The position numbers were made by a program, and so were the translations under genes. The notes under the pieces were generated by a model that did not search any database, was not told the origin of the DNA, and was given only the letters and a program-made list of their open reading frames with translations. This document shows, one piece after another, positions 23,631-35,980 of a DNA stretch of 64,000 nucleotides. Each line of letters starts with the position of its first letter. Position 1 is the stretch's first letter. The stretch comes from Podarcis filfolensis (taxonomy: Eukaryota), in the NCBI GenBank assembly GCA_964270895.1, contig OZ185442.1; one strand, 5' to 3'.

Positions 23631-23961
23631 TCCCGTGGACTGCAAGAAGATCAAACCTATCCATTCTTAAGGAAATCAGCCCTGAGTGCTCACTGGAAGG
23701 ACAGATCCTGAAGCTGAGGCTCCAATACTTTGGCCACCTCATGAGAAGAGAAGACTCCCTGGAAAAGACACTGATGTTGGGAAAGATGGAGGGCACAAGG
23801 AGAAGGGGACGACAGAGGACAAGATGGTTGGACAGTGTTGTCGAAGCTATTAACATGAGTTTGACCAAACTGCAGGAGGCAGTGGAAGACAGAAGTGCCT
23901 GGCGTGCTCTGGTCCATGGGGTCACAAAGAGTTGGACATGACTAAACGACTAAACAACAAC
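23631..23961 (+). mobile_element. BovB LINE 3' fragment (sense)
   Basis: Reverse complement of the other copies; ends taaacaacaac; 8-bp direct repeat agaatccc at 23627-23634 and 23962-23969. Confidence 0.95.
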
Positions 23962-24124
23962 AGAATCCCAACTATATCCCACCTCACCAAGATCTGATCA
24001 TGCACATAAACACTAAACTGTGGTTTGGTGCAGGGGAAGCTAGCGTGGTGCTAGAAGCGGTTGGACCCCAACTGATCTGGACAACATTTCAGAAGCAGAA
24101 AAGTGAAAAAAACAACAACAAACC

Positions 24125-24523
24125 CTCCCCCTCGCATAACATTAGAACTTGTGGACATCCACTGAAGTTGAATACTCGGAGAATCAGAACAAATGAAAGG
24201 AAAGTACTTCTGCATTCAGTGAATAGTTAAACTATGGAACTTCCTTCACAGTGAGGGCCAACACCCTAGATGGCTTTAAAAAAGAATTCAACAAACTCAT
24301 GGAGGAGAGGGTTACCAAAGGCTACTAGCTGTGAAGGCTGTGTTCTGCCTCCACAGCTAGAGGCAGCAGTGCTTTCGAATATGAGTTGATGAGAACCGCA
24401 ATAGAGGAGGGAGCTTTTGTGCTCACCTCCTGCTTGTGGGTTTTCCACAGGCATCTGGTTGGCCATGTTGAGAACAAAATGCTGGACCCTTGGCCTGAAC
24501 CAGCTGGGTCTTCCTATGTTCTT
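24125..24523 (+). mobile_element. CR1-clade LINE 3' fragment (second family)
   Basis: ggacatccactgaagttg (GHPLKL), tagatggctttaaaaaagaatt, ends cctatgttctta. Confidence 0.75.
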
Positions 24524-25761
24524 AATCTCAGGCAGAATCCAGTTACTGTCTCTACTTCGTAGTCACAGCTGCTTCAATAACTGAGGGACGATGGCCATCT
24601 TGGGAGCTTCTGCACCCCCCCCAAAGTCCTCCTATCACAAGAAAAGCCCCAGTTCTGATACATATAGGGCAGTTAAACAGATGGTTAGAGGTGGTGGTAG
24701 TGGGTCATGGTTGAAATTGAGCAAGCAAGATGGAAGGACAAGTATATTATTACCACTGATGTTTATAGTCTGCCAGAGATGCAGAGAACACTCAATAACT
24801 TGTATTGATGAGGTCATAGCCTCAGGTCCTCTGTGCTCATGTCCTGCAGCACTTCCATACCTCAGCCTTGTTCCTGTGTGGTGCTTTGACCTTGCTTTTG
24901 ACCTTCGGTATTTTTTAAACATTTGCTATAATACCTTTAGCTTATCCCAGAGCAGAACAGGCATTGATCCTGTCCTGCTGTCTCACCCGCTTTGGGCAAC
25001 TACTCACCTCTGCTCCAGCAACCATGACCTCAGCCGGCTGTCAGCAGCTTTCTTGACCAGGCGCCCTGGAATAAAAACCCCATGCTTGATATTCATCTCA
25101 CTATTCAGTTCTGAGAACAGTTTAGGGTCTTGTTGCCCTGCTCATGCTGGATCCTGCCCAAAGGGCCTTAACACAGCTCTCTGATCACCACCCGCAAATC
25201 AATATGGGCTCCCTTCTGAAATGTGATAGTCGGAATGCCTTCAGATACATCTTGAGAGTTCGAATGAAGTTCAGGTCTCGGTTTCCCCATGTGCCACTCT
25301 GATTAGTTAACGCTTGTTAGGCTGTGTCTCCATTTCCCACACTTCAGCGTTTGTGCAAGTGTTTGCGGAGGCGTGCTTCCAAAGTATCTGTGATTCACAA
25401 CAATTGAAAGTGATCATGTTGATAACATCTTTCAAAGTGATAGTATTCATTATTCCCATTAATATTCTCATTAATGATTCTTGTGAATAATAACAGGGAG
25501 TTGACTCAGCAAGCTCCTATTCCCCCTGCCACCAAGCGGGTTTTTGTATGCATATTTTTTATTATCTTTCTTTCCCTCATTCCCCATGTTTTCCCCTATT
25601 TCTTCCCCCCATTCCCAATTAAAGCAGAATTATTGAGGAAGTCAGTCTTTGTGATGCAGGCTAACCTTCTGGGCTAGAGAGTGGTTTAGAATTTAGTTAT
25701 CCACTGGCTTTCATACTTCTTGAGTATCCCACTACAGTTCTTGGCTAACCCCTCCTCCCCA

Positions 25762-25891
25762 NNNNNNNNNNNNNNNNNNNNNNNNNNNNNNNNNNNNNNN
25801 NNNNNNNNNNNNNNNNNNNNNNNNNNNNNNNNNNNNNNNNNNNNNNNNNNNNNNNNNNNNNNNNNNNNNNNNNNNNNNNNNNNNNNNNNNN
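25762..25891. other. Assembly gap (130 N)
   Basis: N run. Confidence 1.
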
Positions 25892-27731
25892 AACTTACCT
25901 GCCCTGCAGCTTAAGGTCCTGGGACAGGTTACAACAATTAAAACAGGAAATCTGTTGTGCTAGTGGAACAACAGTGTTGCATGCAGCTCCTGGATTTGCT
26001 TCCACCAATTCCTGGTTTGTCATTAAGTGTAAAACAGGAGTTATGGTTCAAAATAAACTCTGGTCCAGGGGTGGGAAACCTCTGGTCCACAGGCCAATCC
26101 TCACCCCACAGGGGGTCCACTTTGCCTTTCAAAGCCATTTTCCTCAAACCACGCCCAGCTGTCAATCAGCAGACACCACTTAGAATGTCAGCTGATGGGC
26201 TGGGAGGGTGGGAGTCAATTCCCTAATATTGTGGGTTCCCAGTAGGATTTAACCCCTGCATAATAGCTGGCAGTGGGTGGTTAAATCTTGATCTGTTTAG
26301 CTGAGCATGCCTGTTCCCTCTTTGGAACAGAGATGCACAGAAAAAAGTAAGCTGCAGAAAAACGGGGGGTCTTCTTGCTTTTGCTGCATGCTGCTGCTCC
26401 ATTGGAATAGGTACCTGCAACAAAAACAAGCAGGTCCAGTTTTTCCCCTGCATCACTGCATAAATAGGGCGTACTTCCCAGAGGGAGGAAGAAAAGAACT
26501 GTGGAAGGTGCTCTTTTAGATACTCAGGTTCCAAGCCATTTATGGCTTTATATGCTAAGATCTTGGACTGGATCTAGTAACTCTCTGCCAGCCAAGGTGG
26601 TGCTTTCAGGACTGGTGGCTCATGGTCCCATTGGGCTTTCTTGCTTACCAGCCTAGTAGTCACTTTCTGCACTAGCATCAAGGGCAGCTGATCTACTGAA
26701 GGGCTTGGATGCAGAGCATCACTGTCTCTCAGTGTCTTTATCTGCTTCCCTGTATCCACCCGCCTGCCTACAAGTGCTTCTCTTTATATGTCAGGATGTT
26801 AGCTTCTTGGAACTTGGATGGCGCCTTTGATTCCTAGGAACATTATTCAGCTCCAGGCTTCCTTGGTCTGTTGCGCACCAGAAGGTATAGCAACGTGCCC
26901 CTCTAAATCTTACTTTATTTGTTAATTTATGCCTTTCCAGAGCACCTACATTAACTAGGTGCGGTACACAAATGAAAACAAGACAACAGGCTCTGCCCGC
27001 CAGGCTTACACTCTAAACGGCAAGACCGGGAAGTGAAAGGAGGGAGCATAAAGCAGTGAATTGTTCACAAGCATCGCAGCTGGTGCAATACATTCTGCTG
27101 CCTGAGGCAGGACATCAAAACAGTGTTGCCACCCACAGACACATTCCAAGTCGAAGTGCATAATACATAAGACTAAGCAAGTTATTTTAGCACCTGAGGG
27201 GAAAAACCCCACAAGAGTCTCCTCCTAGGAGTGAAAATCCCATGAGTGACAGGCACTAGGAGTCAGATTCCTCTTCTGCAGGTGATGGAGGCAACGACTG
27301 CAAATCTGAATGGACGGGTATGCAAAAGCACGGCTACAAGATGAACGTGTGTGGTCAGTGCCCCCCATCCCCACAACTCAAGGATGTGACACCACCATCC
27401 CCTGGCTTAAAGGACTTGGCTGTTTAAGATCCTGGAAGATCTTAGGCTGCACTGCTCTGTTGCAGTAGGAGATTGCTACAGACTGCTGAGCCCCTTCAAG
27501 TAGAGCAGCATTTTGCAGCATGGGTGGTGTTAAGAATTAGGCTGCACCTGGTAATGCTACTATAAAAGGGCTTTATTGCAGCTTACTTGTTCCTGGAACA
27601 ACTTCAGATCTTAGTGTTTTTCAGAGCACAGCTTGTATCCAGCCTGGTGTTGTGTTCTGTCTGAACCTCATCTTACATTCCAGTTGAGCCTCCCCAAACC
27701 TCATTGGAGGACAACAAATAGCAATTGTAAC

Positions 27732-28630
27732 ATAACAGAGTTGGAAGGGACCTTAAGAGTCATCTAGCACAACCCTTGCAACACAGGANNNNNNNNNNNN
27801 NNNNNNNNNNNNNNNNNNNNNNNNNNNNNNNNNNNNNNNNNNNNNNNNNNNNNNNNNNNNNNNNNNNNNNNNNNNNNNNNNNNNNNNNNNNNNNNNNNNN
27901 NNNNNNNNNNNNNNNNNNNNNNNNNNNNNNNNNNNNNNNNNNNNNNNNNNNNNNNNNNNNNNNNNNNNNNNNNNNNNNNNNNNNNNNNNNNNNNNNNNNN
28001 NNNNNNNNNNNNNNNNNNNNNNNNNNNNNNNNNNNNNNNNNNNNNNNNNNNNNNNNNNNNNNNNNNNNNNNNNNNNNNNNNNNNNNNNNNNNNNNNNNNN
28101 NNNNNNNNNNNNNNNNNNNNNNNNNNNNNNNNNNNNNNNNNNNNNNNNNNNNNNNNNNNNNNNNNNNNNNNNNNNNNNNNNNNNNNNNNNNNNNNNNNNN
28201 NNNNNNNNNNNNNNNNNNNNNNNNNNNNNNNNNNNNNNNNNNNNNNNNNNNNNNNNNNNNNNNNNNNNNNNNNNNNNNNNNNNNNNNNNNNNNNNNNNNN
28301 NNNNNNNNNNNNNNNNNNNNNNNNNNNNNNNNNNNNNNNNNNNNNNNNNNNNNNNNNNNNNNNNNNNNNNNNNNNNNNNNNNNNNNNNNNNNNNNNNNNN
28401 NNNNNNNNNNNTTTGTATAAGGAATCTCTGTGAGACGACCATTCAACCTCTGTTGAAAAGCCTTCTGTGAAGGAGAGTCCACCACCTTCCGAGGCAGTCC
28501 ATTCCACCATTGAACAGCTCTTGCAATCAATTTTTTTTATTCTAAAGCTTAGTTGGAATTTCCTTTCTTGCCATTTGACTCCACCTGTTTGGGTCCTATC
28601 TTTTGATGTAGCAGAAGGCAAGCTTGCTCC
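27732..28630 (-). mobile_element. CR1 LINE 3' fragment spanning an N gap
   Basis: Both gap flanks are collinear with the CR1 copy at 44994-45568. Confidence 0.75.
27789..28411. other. Assembly gap (623 N)
   Basis: N run. Confidence 1.
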
Positions 28631-29967
28631 ATGTGACAGTACTTCAGATATTTGGGTGGAGAAGAATCAGCTTTAGTTGTATGTATATATGGAATTTAGT
28701 GGTTCCAACCCAACTGAGCTTCATTTGCCAGTAGAGTTGCTGCTGCTGATACTCTTTGCAATGATGGGGAGGGGAGGGGGGCGGCATTAGAAAAAGAAAG
28801 ATAGAAGCTGTGCACCTGCCATGGCTAAAGGTGAGCCCCACCCTCTAAAAAACTGTTGAGGTGTTAATCTTCACTGCCATTGTGCACAATTCTGCCAAAA
28901 ACAGCTCGGTCAGAACTAGGCATGCTCAGTGAGACACAGGACTTGCTTAGGAAAGAGGAATAGACAAAGGGAATGGAATGGAGCAGCCTGAAAAAGGGCA
29001 TGGCTGGCTGGCTGGAATGCTAAACAGGAGCATTAGGAGTGAAATTACATTTATTTTGCATTGGGAGGCTAACTTTCCTAATTTGCACCTTTAGAGACAC
29101 TATATGAGCTGAAACATGGCCATCCTTCAAAATTCAGATATCTGAATTTTGCAGTGTAATTCTTCAGCTAAGTAATTTGTGCAAAACTCCTTCTCCTTGG
29201 ATAAAGTGTGCATATAAATGCCCATTTTAGTGCAAATAGCACACAGAAATGCATTGTGTTTGGCAACATTGCTTTACAAAACTGTGTACATTAGGCAAAA
29301 TTGCAGACAGAACTATGTATATCAGGGGAAATTTGCATTATAATTTTGATTATTTTCACAAGGACATTTTTTTTAAATTCTTAAACAGATATGGAATTTT
29401 GGAGAATGGAACTTAAGAATAGAAAAATTAAAACTCAAGAGAAACCGAAGTTGATGGATTCACCCTTCTCTGAGTACAATATTTGTTCTGGGTTCCACTT
29501 GGGTTCCCTGCTTTGATGCCAGGAATCTGAATTTATCCTTCGTTATTGAGATAAACAACCTTTGTATTTCACAGTGGCAATGAAGCCAGACTCCTTATGA
29601 AAGCAGACAACTGCTATTGATGTCAGTTATGATAACTAATTGAGCCTCTCCTCAATGACTCTGTCAAGTGTGCGTCCCTTTCAAGAGCCTGATGCTGAAC
29701 TCATTGAAAAGGCAAGGGCTTCTGTCCTTATTACGTTTGTTATTTGGAGCTTGCTGGAAAGCCCCCTTCTCCTTGCAGAGCAGAGCTAATCAATTTTCCC
29801 TCCGTGCCGTTGCCTAATGAGTCCACATCAAAGGCAAAAGTCTGATGAGGAATGAGAAAAACAGAAGACTGCTGAGAGGATTTATGGATCCCAGGGAGAA
29901 CATGATTCATGCCCCTTCTACTAATTCTGAATCAATCAGTGTTGTTCCTAGTCATCTATCCTAGCTC

Positions 29968-30286
29968 TAGGAACCTAGAAACACAAGTGGCTGCTTTTTA
30001 CTGAGTTATGCCATTGGTCCATCTAGCTGAACATTGTCTACTTGAAGAATGGGGAACCTGTGGCCCTCCAGATGTTGACAGACTACAACTGCCATCATTC
30101 CTGACCATTGGCAGTGCTGGCTGGGACTGATGGGAGTTGGAGTTCAACAGTGTCTGGAGAGCCACGGGTTTCCCATCCCTCATCTACAATAACTGGCAAC
30201 AGCTTCCCAAGGTTTCAGGGAAGAATGTTTCCCAGTTCTACACAGAGATGCCAGAGAGTGAAGTGGGACCTTTCTGCATGCAAGAC
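29968..30286 (-). mobile_element. tRNA-derived SINE (Squam2-like) split by a hAT MITE
   Basis: ccattggtccatctagctg...gtctac [MITE] atctacaataactggcaac...gggacctttctgcatgcaa. Confidence 0.75.
30044..30181. mobile_element. hAT palindromic MITE
   Basis: ggggaacctgtggccctccagatg / tctggagagccacgggtttccc arms; degenerate TSD gtctactt / atctacaa. Confidence 0.8.
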
Positions 30287-31029
30287 ATTTGGCTTTCCCC
30301 TGATGCCTGTGCACACCCCCAGACCTTTTAAAAAAAACTTAAGTGATGTCTGGAATCTATGATATTCCCCTTGAACTTTTGGTTTTTCTGGGAGCTTCAG
30401 TTGTGGTGATGTATTGGTAACAAGGAATTTCTACTAGAGAACAAATGGGCAAATTTCCCTCTGGACCTCAATCTCTGCAGTCCTACATGTAATGGCAGGT
30501 CTTGTAGTGTGTTGTTGCTGTGATCTGTCTAATCAGTGGCGACTGGTGTCCATTGTGACTTGTAGGGCAGAAGACAGGGAGCCCAACAGTAGGGGGAGCC
30601 AGAGGCAATGACTGACAGAGACAACAAAGCCTAGTTTTGCCCCCATCTTCCTCTCTTTTGTTGTGGTCGGGATTTGGCACTGAGGTATGGACAGGAGGAT
30701 GGGGTGCTCTCAGACTGAATGCTCCTCCAATATCATTCACAGTTCAAAACCCCCAGCCCTCGGTTCAACCTGGCTGCTTGCAGCCTTTCTCTCCTCTCCT
30801 CTTGACTCTATGCTACTTCCACTCCTGACCCCTCTTTGCTCTTGACTTGGCATCACTCCTATGCTTGACTTTGACACCTGCCGATCATCCCTCCAACATG
30901 GCTCCACCTCCCTCCTCCTCTGACAAGGCTCCACCACCTTCTGTCGCTCCTCGGTCCTTACACAACCCCTCTGCCAAACACCCACCCAGGGAAGTTGGGT
31001 TACAAGGGCACCCAGCTCTTCTACACCTT

Positions 31030-31546
31030 AAGTTGCCCTCCCAATATTGGGCACATATTGTGCCTAACAATTACAGTTGTGGGGGTATCGTGCCCCTTGT
31101 CTGTTGCTTGTCTGCCCACCTGCGAGCAGCTGTAAAGAGTGGAGTCAGGATTTCCCCACCTGCATTCAGCGGTCAGTGGAGTTGCACTGTTATCCACATG
31201 CTGCCAGACCCTCAGCTGGCTTTGCTCCTCTCTCCTTGCCTGCTGATATGCTTGAGGTGACAGTGGTGGTGGGGAAGGAGGCACTGGGGGCTTTCCTCTT
31301 ATCTGATCAGCTTCTGCCGGTGGCTACTCTTTCTGCTCAGGGTTAGCTCTCCAGCTTCCACTAGCCTTCTCCAATCATCATGAGACACTGTGATTCCAGT
31401 GCTGAATGCTCCTCCCTGTTCCTCTTGCTCACCTCTGTGTCCATCCCTCCCTGATTTCTCAGGGAGCCACACCACAGTCCCCCAGCTCCTGCTGGGGACT
31501 TCCCAACATCCTCCTCCTTGGACCAGGCATGGGGCACCCCATGACA
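31030..31546 (-). mobile_element. Possible LTR-like element
   Basis: Minus strand starts TGTCATGGGG and is purine-rich, resembling lizard LTRs from memory; other end undefined. Confidence 0.35.
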
Positions 31547-32506
31547 CCTGCTGAAATCTAACATCCCTTGAATAAGCAAGAAGATAGGCAGGTGGGAGCT
31601 GACTAAGGGCTGAGTAAGGTTGCTGGGGCAGTGTCCCACCTTTCCTAATAAATCAGACTCTACTCTTTCTAACATATTGGCAGACTTGTATTGCGGGTGA
31701 TTTCCTTATTCAAAATATTTTAATTCCATATTTTGGCATAAGGTCTTTGATGTTCAGGGACAGATTAAAGCACGCCAAAGCCCTAAGCTGTCATGTTAAA
31801 ACGCTGCATAGCGTTACCCCCCCAACCCCCCCAAAAACAAAACGTGTAGTATTCCAACAGAAAGGACAACGAAAATAGAAATGATTGTATTTCATATTTG
31901 CATATATACTGGCACATAGGCAATGATGCAATTAAAAACGAACAATCCAACTAAAACAGAGAATGCTTGTCTCAGAGTCTCCCTGTTTCCCCTTTTTTTA
32001 ACCAATTATGTAAAACTTGCAATTTATTTTTCTTTAACATGCATTTAGAGGCCCCACAAAATTTGAGGCCCTAAGCTGTAACGTACTTAGTTTGTGCATA
32101 AATCAGGCACTGCTGAGGAATGGCTACTGGCTGGAATCCCAGTTAGAACTCACATCGCATATGTTGCTAAACACCTGCACCGCTTGCCAGCAGGGTTGTC
32201 AAGTCAGGAGTATCCCAGACCCTGAGATTTCAGGGCCCAAGCCAGAGACCTAGAGGCAGTCCCTGGTGATGACCTGGGATGGCCCCATGTAGTGTGGTGC
32301 TGGAGCTTTCAGTGCCACCACACTCTTCTGTTTTGCCAATGTGCATGTGGGCTCCACTGATAAATTGCACTCTTGATACTTGCATTGAGACTGTTGTTTA
32401 CCGAAGCTCTGGTGCGCTTGTGTGCAGTGATTGAAAAAACCACTTGAAAGCAAACCTGATGTGAAAAGGCAGGGACTTGGGGAGGCCAGGTTGAAATCCT
32501 CACTTG

Positions 32507-32695
32507 GGCCATGTCAGTACATTTACAGCAGCACCGTAGCACTATAAACAATCATGGCTGCTGCCAAAGAATCCTGGGAGTTGTAGTTAAGGGTGCTGAG
32601 ACTTGTTAGGAGACCCTTATTCCCCCACAGAGAGCTACAATTTCCAGCCTGGTTTAATAGTGAATCCCTCCTCACAGAGAACCTTTGAGAATTCA
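32507..32695. mobile_element. Same Harbinger-like MITE family, one arm
   Basis: aaagaatcctgggagttgtagttaagggtgctgagacttgttaggagaccc. Confidence 0.65.
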
Positions 32696-32699
32696 TTTT

Positions 32700-32853
32700 T
32701 CTCTCTTTTGCTAAAAGAAGGTCACATTAAAAATTAAAAATCAGCATATCCCCGCCCAAAAAAGCTCAAAAACTTTGGGCAATTTTTGTTGCGGTCCCAA
32801 AAAATAGGGGTTGTCTTATACATGGGGGCGTCTTATACATGGAAAAATGCGGT
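32700..32853. mobile_element. Tc1/mariner-superfamily MITE, one end
   Basis: Ends gtcttatacatgggggcgtcttatacatggaaaaatgcggta, a TA-flanked terminus with duplicated gtcttata motifs. Confidence 0.5.
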
Positions 32854-32869
32854 ACGTACCAAAGCCTGA

Positions 32870-33300
32870 AAGAGAATAGCTTGGGGGACCACCAGATATC
32901 CACTGGGAGGGAATTCTGCAACTGGGTTGCTGCCACCGAGAAGACCCTGCTTGGTGTCATCACCTTGTAGGCCGTGCTTGTTTGAGGGGACCATGGACAG
33001 GGCCTCGCCTGCTGATCTCAAAGCATGAGCCAGTAGATATTAGTGAAGGCACTCCTTTTAGTACTTGGATCCCAAGCCGTTCAGGGCTTTGTACATGAGT
33101 AGTATCACCTTGAAATGGACCCAGTAACCTTCAGGCAAACAGTGCAGTACTTTATGGATTGGTGGTGCATCTCATTATTGGTGACGCATCTTATTGCTCC
33201 ACATAAGAACCTGGCAGCAACATTCTGCAGCAGCTGTGGCTTCTGGACCATCTCCAAGGGAAGCCCCATGCAGAGTACATTGCAGTAGCCCATTTGGGAG
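32870..33300 (-). mobile_element. L2-clade LINE fragment
   Basis: Minus-strand YCNVLCMGLPLEMVQKPQLLQNVAARFL. Confidence 0.75.
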
Positions 33301-35279
33301 GTTATCAGAGAATAGATCGCTGAAGTCAGGCTGTCTCAGTCTATCTGTAGCTGGAAAATCAGTTCTCACCACTGAGGTCTTTTAGGCCTCGAGTGATAGT
33401 TTGGGATTGAGAGGTAACTTCAGAGTACATACCTGTTTCTTCAAGGAGAGTACTACCATGTTCAGAACAGGCCATCTACCAAATGTACAGACCCAGGAGC
33501 TACCTGCCCACAGTTTCTCTGTCTCTTCAAGATTCAGGGCGCTGACTCTGGAAGTCTCTCCCCTTAAAGTCTTGCTGGGCAGCAAGTCATTATCTTTAAA
33601 GTCCCTGTCAAAAACCTTTATTTCCCCCCAGGTCATTTAGACTTAGCTTGGATTTTAGCTGGCCAGGTTATTGTTGTGTTGTGTTTGGTTTATAAGCCTT
33701 GTGAATTCAAAGGTGTGGGTTTTTGTTTTTTTAATCTGCCTTGGAAGCTGCTCTTTAGAATGGTTTTAAACAAAAACTAAAAACCGGCTATCAAATCCTT
33801 AAACCAACCAACAAAACATCATACGCATTGCAAAGATGGCATTTAAATCAACAAGAGAGGCTTGTAAATCACCATCTAAAGAGCTCAAGAGGTTCTCTTG
33901 GATTTTCAGAGCACATTCAGACACATTCCGATTCCTACAAAACAACTTCGGAATACAGAGATAAAATCCAGTGGGACACCATTTCCATTTTAACAACTGC
34001 AACAACAACCCAAAATCATGATAGAAATGGTAATTTTATTGAAATGTATCCCCACTTATATGTTGCCACCGCAGTGTAAATTCAGGCTCTATGTGGACAA
34101 CTAAAATACCTTTAAAATAACAGCTATAGAAAAACAACCCTCATAAAATTGATAGATTTTTATCATTATAGGAGAGAAAAGAGACAGAGCGGTTAGATTG
34201 ATTGGTCCGGGTAAGCTGCCAAAGACCTGAGAGGGATGCTATGGCTGCATTTTGCTTCGTCTGGTATTTCACCTCGCTCTGTCTCTTCCAATGATGTTTA
34301 TGAAAAATTCCAAATATTTAACCAGAAGGAAGTGCCCTGCAGACACAGGGGAGCTGTCGTTGCCTGAAATATTGCGAGAGTTTGCTCGTCCGGTGTTGCT
34401 TTCATTCTGCCTTAGACACTGCTGAAAACCAACAGCTTGAAATGGCTATGAAATAGCAGAGGTGGATTTATGGGACACTGGGTGCAAAGCCTTGGGGGAC
34501 CACAACTATGATGTAGAATGGAATTGTGAGAGGCGGGGGCGGTGCTGAGTTTTGCCATCACACAGGGCACTGCTGAAATTGGAGGCCCCAAGGTCGGCCA
34601 CTGGGAATAGAGATGGTCAGAGGCATCAAAACTATATGTGCTTCCGCAGTTGGTGTGGGTTGTGTTCTTACTGCAGCCACGTTTGTTTTCTCATTCACAG
34701 AGTCCTGTGTGTACAGGCCAGGCCCAACCACAAGGCAAGGTGAAGCAGCTGCCCCAGGAAGCAGGCCCCTGAGGAAGTGCCCAAGTGGGCATGCTGCCTG
34801 TGCTGCCACCTACACCGCTGGCAGAGAATTGGCGCTAGCGACACCTCACCCAAAATCAGCACTGCTGCTGCTGCTAATTCTCTACTAGTGATGGGAGCAG
34901 TGGGACAAGCAGAGGGGGTGGCTGCCACCCTCTGGATAAGACACCTCCCTAGATTGAAGCGTCTCTCCAAAGCACTCTGGCTTCTTTCACAGGAGCAGCC
35001 TTTACCACAGAAAATCCCGTCAGGAGGCTCTTTGCCAACAATTAAAAATAATCAGAAAACAATGCCCATAGAGATGGGGAAATATGTCTACTAAAAAGAG
35101 AAGGTTTTGGAATTAGAATTATGAGGGATTGAGCCTGAGACGCCATTCACTCAAAGCAGACATTCTGTTCCTGGGTTATGGCCCTGCCCCTGTTGTCCGC
35201 CAGTGACTGTCTTTCCAGGATCTGTGGTGTTTTCTCGTGCCATTGATGCATTCACTTCTCTCTCTGTTTTCTCTGGCAG

Positions 35280-35588
35280 AACCCATGAGGGCTCCCAAGG
35301 GCCTCGCGTTTGCTGAGATCCAGTCCAGGCAGCTGACCCTTCAGTGGGAACCTCTGGGCTACAACCTGACGCGATGCCACACTTATACCGTCACGCTCTG
35401 CTATCGCTACACTGTGGGCACTGGCCACAACCAGACATTCCGGGAGTGCGTGAAGATGGAGCGGAACGCCAACCGCTACACCATCAAGAACCTCCTCCCC
35501 TACAAAAACATCCACGTCAAGCTTATCCTCTCCAACCCCGAGGGGCGGAAAGAAGGGAAAGAGATGATATTTCAGACGGATGAAGATG
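35280..35588 (+). CDS. PTPRU: PTPRU exon 8 (FN3 repeat 2), 309 bp, phase 1 to 1
   Basis: Strong pyrimidine tract plus ggcag acceptor and ATG|gtgagt donor. Encodes [36 protein letters not shown]...[18 protein letters not shown]. Confidence 0.97.
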
Positions 35589-35849
35589 GTGAGTCTTGTA
35601 TCTTATGTGGGTGGGCAGGGGAGAGAGATTTGTCCTCCGGGATCCAGAAACTGTTTTTAGTAAGGGACACAAAGGAGAACAGCTTATCAAAACCCCATCC
35701 AAGCAGACTTATGTCCTGATAGATTAATGATGCTGATTTATTGAGAATAATGCATCAAGGTACAAACATAGGTGCAGCAGATGGGATCTTCTAGCCATGC
35801 AGACTTAAGGAGTGTTCAGGTATTTGGATAAACGTGCAAAGGTTTAAAC

Positions 35850-35980
35850 TCGAATGGGGGACCTTTGGCTCTCTAGATGTCATTTCTGGTTCCCATCAGC
35901 CTCAATCAGAATGGCCAGTGATGAAGGGTGAAGGGAGCTGTAGTCCTAGAATATCTCAATGACTACAGTTCCCCTCCATC
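35850..35980. mobile_element. hAT palindromic MITE, degraded
   Basis: gggggacctttggctctctagatg...tcccatcagcc...gggagctgtagtcc. Confidence 0.55.

Noticed and set aside
27753-28621. Long ORFs of 214-285 aa, also 25720 and 60462-60822
   Set aside because: Artefacts of N runs translated as X.
30847-31260. 137-aa Pro/Ser-rich ORF
   Set aside because: Explained by C-rich composition of the repeat-like insert; no splice context or recognisable domain.
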